Origin: Octopus vulgaris
Lineage: Eukaryota
Assembly (NCBI GenBank): GCA_951406725.2
Contig: OX597816.1
Location: forward strand, 164,734,001 to 164,798,000
Direction: 5' to 3'
Length of the DNA stretch: 64,000 bases
Part shown: positions 55,272 through 64,000 of the stretch, one piece after another
Layout: each line of letters starts with the position of its first letter
Numbering within the stretch: position 1 is the stretch's first letter
The notes under the pieces: generated by a model
The model's input: only the letters and a program-made list of their open reading frames with translations
Database searches by the model: none
Told to the model about the DNA's origin: nothing
Program-made: the position numbers and the translations under genes

Positions 55272-55569
55272 GTATGTGTATGAGTGTGCGTGTGTATGTA
55301 TATGTGTATGCATGTGTGTATGTATGTACGTATGTATCTATGTAGGTGTGTGTGTAAGTATATGTGCATGTATGTGTGTTATCTTTTACTTGTTTTAGTC
55401 ATTGGACTGCGGCCATACTGGGGCACTACCTTGGAGGTTTTCTTTTAAAGTCTGGTACTGATCCTATCGGCCCCTTTTGTTGATCCGCGAATGCATGGAG
55501 CCGTAAACAAACCAACACCGGTTGTCAGGTGGTGATGGGGAGGCAGACACAAATACAAACTCACATAAA

Positions 55570-56098
55570 ACCTAGAGATTGATCAGACGGAAAGTAGAAA
55601 GATACGACAGATCTTGATTATTGGAATCCTCTTTACTGCCTCCGACGCCGATGTAAGCACAATATCATTTGTACGATGTGGGAAATATGCCAACAGCATT
55701 TCCCAGATGATGTTGGCCTCAACTTTAAATTCATCCAAGGCTTAATCTCCGTGTTATTCGTCCTCTCCTAGAATCATGTTCGTGTCACACTATAACACTA
55801 AGACAAGACTATTTCACCTCAACTGGCCTTACTCTCTTTATCATCGTGCCAAAACAATTAAGAAAAGAAAAAGATCTCATCACATTCAAACGGTTCGTAG
55901 ATGACTTTCTTCAACAAATTCCAGATAAACCCCTTATCTCTGCAAACAATACCTCTTTACTCAAGTGGAGTAAGGTGCCGAAAGAATTAATGTAAGATGA
56001 GACAACATGAAATGTCTTTTCCAGGTGGTGCTATTAAGTTAGGTATGGCCAAGGCTAATTCTGGCCGAAACTTAACTAAGTATCTAAGTATTTAAGTA
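55570..56098 (+). pseudogene. CR1-clade LINE 3' fragment
   Basis: Homologous to 38760-39260 (GGTGCTATTAAGTTAG in the 3' UTR); (TATCTAAG)n tail. Confidence 0.75.
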
Positions 56099-56283
56099 TA
56101 GTAACGACAGAATACATGCGGCAGCATTGAATGTTCATTTAGAAAATTGTTGTAGGGTGGAATTTGTTTCTTTTTTTCTCATGTACTTGATATGAAAAAG
56201 TATCAGCACCTATTCTTAAGAAGAGGTAAAAAAAAAAAAAAAAGAAACTAGCACGAGTTTGATCTATGAAAAATAAAAGGAAC

Positions 56284-56366
56284 TAGCACGAGTGGGGATC
56301 GAACCCACGCGGACACTTGTCCATTGGAACTTAAGTCCAACGCCTTAACCACTCGGCCATCGTGCT
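56284..56366 (-). tRNA. tRNA-Leu-TAA: tRNA-Leu(UAA), array copy 1 (T loop TTCGATC)
   Basis: Full cloverleaf. Confidence 0.92.
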
Positions 56367-56452
56367 GTTAATGAAAATACGCTTCTTTTTTCATATACTT
56401 GATATGAAGAAGTATCAGCAACTATTCTTAAGAAGAGTTAAAAAAGATAATC

Positions 56453-56535
56453 TAGCACGAGTGGGGTTCGAACCCACGCGGACAATTGTCCATTGGAACT
56501 TAAGTCCAACGCCTTAACCACTCGGCCATCGTGTT
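56453..56535 (-). tRNA. tRNA-Leu-TAA: tRNA-Leu(UAA), copy 2 (G2A acceptor mismatch)
   Basis: Starts AACACGA; otherwise intact. Confidence 0.82.
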
Positions 56536-56623
56536 GATAACGGAAATTAGTTATTACAAAACAGCATTTTGTTTCTTTATATATTTGATGTTGGATCTTA
56601 TGCAGAGGTAAAAAAAAATAAGT

Positions 56624-56706
56624 TAGCACGAGTGGGGCTCGAACCCACGCGGACACTTGTCCATTGGAACTTAAGTCCAACGCCTTAACCACTCGGCCAT
56701 CGTGCT
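56624..56706 (-). tRNA. tRNA-Leu-TAA: tRNA-Leu(UAA), copy 3 (T loop TTCGAGC)
   Basis: Full cloverleaf. Confidence 0.92.
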
Positions 56707-56795
56707 GCTAATGGACATACGTTTCTTTTCTCATGTACTTGATATGAAAAAGTATCAGCAACTATTCTTAAGCAGAGGTAAAAAACAAAATATGC

Positions 56796-56878
56796 TAGCA
56801 CGAGTGGGGTTCGAACCCACGCGGACAATTGTCCATTGGAACTTAAGTCCAACGCCTTAACCACTCGGCCATCGTGCT
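56796..56878 (-). tRNA. tRNA-Leu-TAA: tRNA-Leu(UAA), copy 4
   Basis: Full cloverleaf; variable arm GGACAATTGTCC. Confidence 0.95.
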
Positions 56879-56965
56879 GATTACGGATATTAGTCATTAC
56901 ATGAAACAGCATTTTGTTTCTTCATATATTTGATGTTGGATCTATGAAGAAAAAATAAAAGAAAC

Positions 56966-57048
56966 TAGCACGAGTGGGGTTCGAACCCACGCGGACAATT
57001 GTCCATTGGAACTTAAGTCCAACGCCTTAACCACTCGGCCATCGTGCT
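56966..57048 (-). tRNA. tRNA-Leu-TAA: tRNA-Leu(UAA), copy 5
   Basis: Full cloverleaf. Confidence 0.95.
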
Positions 57049-57136
57049 GCTAATGGACATACGCTTCTTTTCTCATGTACTTGATATGAAAAAGTATCAG
57101 CACCTATTCTTTAGCAGAGGTAAAAAAAAAAGAAGC

Positions 57137-57219
57137 TAGCACGAGTGGGGTTCGAACCCACGCGGACAATTGTCCATTGGAACTTAAGTCCAACGCCTTA
57201 ACCACTCGGCCATCGTGCT
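57137..57219 (-). tRNA. tRNA-Leu-TAA: tRNA-Leu(UAA), copy 6
   Basis: Full cloverleaf. Confidence 0.95.
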
Positions 57220-57304
57220 GATTACGGATATTAGTCATTACAAAACAGCATTTTGTTTCTTCATATATTTGATGTTGGATCTATGAAGAAAAAATAAAAG
57301 AAAC

Positions 57305-57398
57305 TAGCACGAGTGGGGTTCGAACCCACGCGGACAATTGTCCATTGGAACTTAAGTCCAACGCCTTAACCACTCGGCCACCACTCGGCCATCGTGCT
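57305..57398 (-). pseudogene. tRNA-Leu(UAA), copy 7, with an 11-nt A-box duplication
   Basis: AGCACGA-TGGCCGAGTGG-TGGCCGAGTGG-TTAAGGC; 94 nt long. Confidence 0.8.
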
Positions 57399-57483
57399 GA
57401 TTACGGATATTAGTCATTACAAAACAGCATTTTGTTTCTTCATATATTTGATGTTGGATCTATGAAGAAAAAATAAAAGAAAC

Positions 57484-57566
57484 TAGCACGAGTGGGGTTC
57501 GAACCCACGCGGACAATTGTCCATTGGAACTTAAGTCCAACGCCTTAACCACTCGGCCATCGTGCT
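57484..57566 (-). tRNA. tRNA-Leu-TAA: tRNA-Leu(UAA), copy 8
   Basis: Full cloverleaf. Confidence 0.95.
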
Positions 57567-57650
57567 GCTAATGGACATACGCTTTTTTCATGTACTTGAT
57601 ATGAAAAAGTATCAGCACCTATTCTTATGCAGAGGTAAAAAAAAATAAGC

Positions 57651-57733
57651 TAGCACGAGTGGGGTTCGAACCCACGCGGACACTTGTCCATTGGAACTTA
57701 AGTCCAACGCCTTAACCACTCGGCCATCGTGCT
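57651..57733 (-). tRNA. tRNA-Leu-TAA: tRNA-Leu(UAA), copy 9
   Basis: Full cloverleaf. Confidence 0.95.
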
Positions 57734-57818
57734 GATTACAGATATTAGCTATTACAAAACAGCATTTTGTTTCTTCATATATTTGATTTTGGATCTATGA
57801 AGAAAAAATAAAAGAAAC

Positions 57819-57901
57819 TAGCACGAGTGGGGTTCGAACCCACGCGGACACTTGTCCATTGGAACTTAAGTCCAACGCCTTAACCACTCGGCCATCGTGC
57901 T
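57819..57901 (-). tRNA. tRNA-Leu-TAA: tRNA-Leu(UAA), copy 10
   Basis: Full cloverleaf. Confidence 0.95.
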
Positions 57902-57982
57902 GATTACAGATATTAGCTATTACAAAACAGCATTTTGTTTCTTCATATATTTGATTTTGGATCTATGAAGAAAAAAAAAAGC

Positions 57983-58065
57983 TAGCACGAGTGGTGTTCG
58001 AACCCACGCGGACACTTGTCCATTGGAACTTAAGTCCAACGCCTTAACCACTCGGCCAACGTGCT
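57983..58065 (-). pseudogene. tRNA-Leu(UAA), copy 11, probably inactive
   Basis: C61A breaks the G53-C61 pair and the B box (GTTCGAACA); A7T gives an acceptor-stem mismatch. Confidence 0.75.
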
Positions 58066-58592
58066 GATAACGGAAATACGTTATTACAAAACAGCGTTTT
58101 GTTTCTTCATATATTTGATGTTGGGTCTGTGAAATACGAATTTATTTTGACTTAATACGAAAGTCACATAAATTCAGAAGAGCAGAAAATAATAATTCGA
58201 AATGTTTTGTTTTGTAGGGAGAACACATGGGGCAGCAGAAATCGAAGTATGATCATACATAGGAGGAGAAAAGAGGAATGATAGCATCTTGTTCTCTGGA
58301 CCGGAAGGGTCTTAGGATCTATGCATTTATGTATCTAAGTATAGTAACTACACAATGCACGCTGCGGCACTGCGATATTCATTTTGTTATCGAAAGTAAC
58401 GTTTCATTTTGTCGATATTCCGAGAATCACATTTGACAAAGCACAAGCATAGATCTATATGTTGCAAATTTTTCTGGGTTTCTTTTCATTTACCATTTTT
58501 CAGGTCAGCCAAAAGCAAATCAATTCAGTGAATATTTCTCCAGAGCAGCATGGCAAGCGAGCTTGCTGGTATATCGTTAAGTATATCGTAAG

Positions 58593-59003
58593 ACGGCGAA
58601 CTGGCAGAAACGTTAGCACGCCGGGCGAAATGTTTAGCGGTATTTCGTCTGCGTTACGTTGTGAGTTCAAATTCCGCCGAGGTCGACTTTGCCTTTCATC
58701 CTTTCGGGTCAATAAATTAAGTACCAGTTACGAACTGGGGTCGATGTAATCGACTTAATACCTATGTCTGTCCTTGTTTGTTGCCTCTGTGTTTAGCCCC
58801 TTGTGGGTAATAAAGAAATAGGTATTTCGTCTGCGTTACGTTGTGAGTTCAAATTCCGCTGAGGTCGACTTTGCCTTTCATCCTTTCGGGGTCGATAAAT
58901 TAAGTACCAGTTACGCACAGGGGTCGATGTAATCGACTTAATACCTATGTCTGTCCTTGTTTGTCCCCTCTGTGTTTAGCCCCTTGTGGATAATAAAGAA
59001 ATA
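58593..59003 (+). mobile_element. SINE family B, tandem dimer with target-site duplication
   Basis: Core repeated twice; flanked by GGTATATCGTTAAGTAT direct repeats (~58568 and ~59004). Confidence 0.88.
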
Positions 59004-59050
59004 GGTATATCGTTAAGTATAAATATTTTAGTATTTCAACTCATGTCGAT

Positions 59051-59096
59051 TGTCCGGAAATATTTCGTCACACATCTGTGACCTCTTCAACGACAC
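59051..59096 (-). ncRNA. Hammerhead-like motif (C3U change)
   Basis: GUGUCG-UUGAAGA-G-GUCACA-GAUG-UGUGAC-GAAA-UAUU-UC-CGGACA. Confidence 0.5.
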
Positions 59097-59343
59097 TTTC
59101 GTTTTCACGTGTGTGTTCTTGCTCCACTTACTCCATTCTGACAGACTGGAGTAAGTGAAGATATAAATAAAAGGTTTCCCGTCCCTTTCGACGACGATGA
59201 ATATTCAGTTGTGAGATCAACTGCGTTAATTAACCGCTCATTGAATTAGTGTGAATATTCCACAGAGATATGTACCTTTAGAAATAACTGAAAGGTGCAT
59301 GTGGCATGAATTTTGAGTTACAAGCATTTATTCTAAAGAACAC

Positions 59344-59426
59344 AAACACAACTGGAGCTTGAACCTCTGTAGACAAATATTCATTGGAACTTAAGACCAG
59401 CGAGTTAATCTCTCGGTCATGATTTG
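59344..59426 (-). pseudogene. Old tRNA-Leu(UAA) pseudogene
   Basis: Ungapped match to the Leu gene with CATTGGAACTTAAG retained and many substitutions elsewhere. Confidence 0.8.
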
Positions 59427-59525
59427 ATTGTTGTAGGGTGGAATTTGTTTTCTCTTGTACTTGATAAGAAAAAGTATCAGTACCTATTCTTAAGAAGAGG
59501 TAAACAAAAAAAAAAGAAATGAATC

Positions 59526-59608
59526 TAGCACGAGTGGGGTTCGAACCCACGCGGACACTTGTCCATTGGAACTTAAGTCCAACGCCTTAACCACTCGGCC
59601 ATCGTGCT
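59526..59608 (-). tRNA. tRNA-Leu-TAA: tRNA-Leu(UAA)
   Basis: Identical to the 37665 gene; T-run terminator. Confidence 0.96.
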
Positions 59609-59699
59609 GCTAATGGAGAGACGCTTCTTTTCCCATGTACTTGATATGAAAAAGTATCAGCACCTATTCTTAAGAAGAGGTAAAAAAAAAAAATGAAAC

Positions 59700-59782
59700 T
59701 AGCACGAGTGGGGCTCGAACCCACGCGGACACTTGTCCATTGGAACTTAAGTCCAACGCCTTAACCACTCGGCCAACGTGCT
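59700..59782 (-). tRNA. tRNA-Leu-TAA: tRNA-Leu(UAA), A7T and T loop TTCGAGC variant
   Basis: Cloverleaf with one acceptor mismatch; the A7T change is shared with array copy 11. Confidence 0.8.
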
Positions 59783-59869
59783 GATAACGGAAATAAGCTA
59801 TTACAAAACAGCATTTTGTTTCTTCATGTATTTGGTGTTAGATCTACGAAATACGAATTTATTTTGACC

Positions 59870-60230
59870 TCGGGGGGCCTCGTCTCAGATGTATTTTATA
59901 ATTGATGCCAACATCATTTTTGCAATATTAATGGAATATTTTCCACATGAGACAAATGATGTAGCGCTCCCGGCGGCGTTGGAGAGGGTAGAGATTGGGT
60001 GTTTTTTAGTCGATCCCAATAGTCAATGCCTCTCATGCTGTCTATTTTTCTTGTTGCTGACATCTTGTGTGTTTCCACTTTCATAATGAGCTGCTTCGTA
60101 CGGGGAGGCCAGAGTGGGCACCAGTACTCAAGGTGGGTTCGGGCAAAAGTAGAGAATGACGATGGCGTGGTCATCTCTAAACTGGAAAGTTCTCAGAATC
60201 TAGGGGTACATCTTGGAGGCCAAGTGAACC
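59870..60230 (-). pseudogene. CR1-clade LINE fragment
   Basis: FARTHLEYWCPLWPP and GIDYWDRLK, homologous to 38650-38940. Confidence 0.75.
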
Positions 60231-60585
60231 TTGTATATATATGTATACATATATACACCCTACGTCGTTAATTGGTTCCGGAGGACACGACTTAAGTCGA
60301 AATAAACCATTATCTAAATGTATATACATATAATAATTATGACCTAGGCTAGCCTAAGTTGTTTTTATGTTGGCCTACGAATTCGGTAAATTGTTTGGCA
60401 AGCCTTGGCTGCTTTTATATTAGAAAGAAATAATTTCAAATTCTGTACTGTTGCGTACTTCATGGCTGAAGTCGGTGTTACTCGTTGAGTAATATTTTAG
60501 AAAGACCGACGTATCTTCGGAAATGATGTAAGTCGAAACAACTTAACCAGGGGTATATGTCTGTGTATATATATATATAAATTCG

Positions 60586-60642
<57 letters not shown>

Positions 60643-60750
60643 TATATTCATCTATATTATCTATATCTATATAGATAATAGATATATATATATATTATCC
60701 CTATATATATATTTATAAATCTATATATTCATCTATATCTATATTATATG

Positions 60751-60809
<59 letters not shown>

Positions 60810-60957
60810 TGGCCTGCTCGCTTAGCCAGCGGGGTGGCGTCATTGAAAGCTAAAACAATATATATGTTAAATTTTGTGAAATTTGATTTAGTATTTCTAA
60901 ATTGAATTTTTCCCTGTAAGTTTGGAATAATATTCCTTCATATTATTATCATTATTA

Positions 60958-61013
<56 letters not shown>

Positions 61014-61614
61014 GTTATTATTATATATACCTAAGTTCATCAAGACGGTACTCCAGCATGGCCGCAGTCAAACGATAGAGATACGCAGCAAAGATGAGGT
61101 CGTTAATGTCTGTCAAATTATAAACATTGTTAACAACGATTCATTTGTGTTATTTGCGCATTTAATCTAATTAGTTAACTAGACTTTCTCCTACTTAATG
61201 CTGCAGACGAAGATGTTCGACGTAGCTGAATATTGTGAATTAAGTATTAGAGAGAGAAAAAACAAAAAAAAACAAAAAACTATTTTCTGCCACAGTTGTC
61301 TTATTCTGTTGTAGCTGATTTCCTCTTACTTAATAAATTATCCAGAAACTGCACAATGCAAAACTATGGAGTCTTTTAAAAAGAAAGAAAACGAATCAAG
61401 AACTAAGTCGTTCGCGAAAACGAAAGCATCGACATATGTTGTTAAAGTTTCATTATCTTGAGAAGGAAAAATAAAAGGAAAAGGATAACAAAAACAAACA
61501 AACAAGCAATATCTTGCTTATCTGGAAAATTAAATGACATGGCGTAAAATATATGTCGTCGGAAACTGGATTAAAAGTTTAGGTTAACGTTAAGTCTACT
61601 CAACAATTTCATAT

Positions 61615-62179
61615 ACTCATACATGCATACATACATAGACACATACATACAAACATACATACATACATAGACTCATATACAGACTTATGTGCATATATAT
61701 ATATACATACATATATATATATATATATGCACATAAGTGCGTGTATGTGTCTATGTATATATGTATATATGTATATATGTATGTATATATGCATGTATAT
61801 GTATATGAAATATATACATATATATAAATATATATATATACATATATATAGGTATATATATACATATATATATGTATATATACATATATATACACACATA
61901 CATATATACGGACATACGTACGTACATACATACAACATATGTACGTATATACATACGTACATACATACATACGTAGTACGTACGTACATACATACATACA
62001 TATATACATACATACATACATACATACATACATACATACATACATACATACATACATACATACATACATACATACATACATACATACGTATGTACATACA
62101 TACAGGCATGTATGTATGCATATTTATATATATACACACATATATATATATACATACATACATATATATATGTGTGAGT

Positions 62180-62243
<64 letters not shown>

Positions 62244-62255
62244 ATATACGCATGT
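61615..62255. repeat. Degenerate (TA)/(CATA)/(TG) microsatellite complex
   Basis: Visible low-complexity sequence. Confidence 0.95.
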
Positions 62256-62477
62256 AGGAAGTCGAAAGTAATCGTAGACGTAAAATAAATGCGTTAATTT
62301 TTCTTTATTACTTGATTTATTTATTCATTCATTCGGAAACAAAATGAAAAACTCCATAATAGATAGATGGAACCTAGTTAGCAGACTGTCTGACAAAAGA
62401 GCAATAAAATTGTGCACAAAACAGCGACAAAAATAACTCTTAAGATTACAAAGGAAAAAAAAAACGAAATGAAATAA

Positions 62478-62533
<56 letters not shown>

Positions 62534-62718
62534 AATTGCTTATTGGTTTATTGCGAAAATTGTTTCAGGTTGCGTCTGCAAAATTCTTGAAGATTTTCCA
62601 GAAGTAAATGAGAACACAAGTTCAGCATCTCAAAGATCACTGTATTATCAGCACCAATAAATCCAGATCTGTTTTGTATATAACTTATGAAATATTCTAG
62701 GGAATATAGGCGAATCTG

Positions 62719-62910
62719 TGGAGTCGTGTAGCTTAGTGGTTAGGGCGTAAGACTCATGATCGTAAGATTGTGGTTTCGATTCCTGGACCGGGCGACGTGT
62801 TGTGTTCTCGAGCAAAATACTTCATTTCACGTTGCTCCAGTCCACTCAGCTGGCAAAAATGAGATAATTCTGCGATGGAACGGCGTCCCGTCCAGGAGGA
62901 GAATATATAC
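62719..62910 (+). mobile_element. tRNA-derived SINE (family A-related)
   Basis: TAGCTTAGTGGTTAGGG head and GTTTCGATTCC. Confidence 0.8.
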
Positions 62911-63305
62911 CAAAACATACTAATTGGACATTCGAAAAATATGAATGAATATACTACACAATATACAATACTAATAACGGAGTAACCAAACCCCACATAA
63001 ATGAATTCAAACAAAAATCACTTATATACAAACACAACACCCTGAACCAAAAATAACGCACACAACTATCAAAACATACACAGAACGTTACAAAAACAAC
63101 AACCCAACCATGACCGATTTTAAGACCAAGCCCCAACCTAGCTTGAGTTCAGATTCTAGGACCTATAAACACAGCCCTACCTTCTAGGGAACACTAACAA
63201 AAGCTTACTTCAACCAATTCTCTTCGAGGAAGAACTTCATGTTCCCTATTCAAATGTCGCCGGTTGGTCTTTGCCTTATATTCCTTCGGTGTCAGTAAAA
63301 GTGAT

Positions 63306-63610
63306 GGCGCGTGGCTTAGTGGTTAGGGTCTTCGGCTTCTGGTCATACGTTCGGTTCCTGGCGGCACCTTGTGTCCGTGAGCAAGACATTTTATTCTATG
63401 TTGCCCCAGTCCACTCAGCTGGCAAACATTCATGATGTATCTGTAAATCAAAGGGCCAGCCTTGTCACATTGTGTATCACGCTGAATCTTCCCGAGAACT
63501 ACGTTAAGGGCACACGTGTCTGTGGAGTGCTCAGTCACGTGCACATTAATTTCACGAGCAGGTTGTTCTGATCGGATCAACTGGAACACTCGTCGTCGTA
63601 ACCGACAGAG
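63306..63610 (+). mobile_element. tRNA-derived SINE, family A
   Basis: Head plus the GAGAACTACGTTAAGGG body shared with 1208-1590. Confidence 0.8.
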
Positions 63611-63719
63611 TACCAGTCGATAAAATAAGTACCAGCCATGAACTGGGGATCGATGTAATCGACTAATTCTCTCCCACAAAATTGAAAAGAATATTCCTGC
63701 GCTATTGGTTTTTTATTCT

Positions 63720-63930
63720 TTTACTTGTTTTAGTCATTTGACTGTGGCCATGCTGGAGCACCGCCTTTAGTCGAACAAATAGACGCCGGGACTTATTCTT
63801 TGTAAGCCTAGTGCTTATTTTATCGATCACTATTGTCGAGCTACTAAGTTACAGGGACATAAACACACCAACATTGATTGTCAAGCGATGGTGGTGGGGA
63901 CAAACACAACACACAAATGCATATACACAT
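63720..63930 (-). mobile_element. SINE family C, 3' half
   Basis: TTTACTTGTTTTAGTCATTTGACTGTGGCCATGCTGGAGCACCGCC. Confidence 0.8.
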
Positions 63931-63946
63931 ACATATATACATATAT

Positions 63947-64000
<54 letters not shown>

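Larger units (their letters stand above)
56146..58151 (-). repeat. Tandem tRNA-Leu(UAA) gene array, 11 copies, ~170-bp period, two spacer types
   Basis: Gene left ends at 56284, 56453, 56624, 56796, 56966, 57137, 57305, 57484, 57651, 57819 and 57983; a 10-nt remnant lies at 56249-56258. Confidence 0.97.

Noticed and set aside
56284-58065. CRISPR-like array (constant repeat plus similar-length spacers)
   Set aside because: The repeats are 83-nt tRNA genes, the spacers are homologous to each other, there are no cas genes and the context is eukaryotic.

Overview
Gene-poor, AT-rich, microsatellite-saturated animal DNA. The SINE and microsatellite make-up suggests an octopus (cephalopod) genome; this is an inference. 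I can support no host protein-coding gene: nearly every listed ORF is a translated microsatellite, SINE or decayed transposon. Real content: (1) An expanded tRNA-Leu(UAA) locus with 15 full-length copies: an inverted, divergent pair at 34.7/37.7 kb, an 11-copy tandem array at 56.3-58.1 kb with two alternating spacer types, and a 2-copy paralogous unit at 59.5-59.8 kb. There are also at least two old pseudogenes and one 10-nt remnant. (2) Decayed retroelements (Tx1/L1-like, CR1-like, RTE-like), a hAT transposase relic, MITE- and Helentron-like elements and three tRNA-derived SINE families. (3) Several type I hammerhead-ribozyme-like motifs in Penelope-like repeats. The best are a mirror-image pair inside a 531-bp palindrome (9438-9968) and a well-formed motif just beyond the 3' end of the Tx1-like LINE (45420-45499). 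Several other large foldbacks and two unexplained GC-rich structured islands are flagged. All structures were read by eye and none were computed. Transposon boundaries are approximate.
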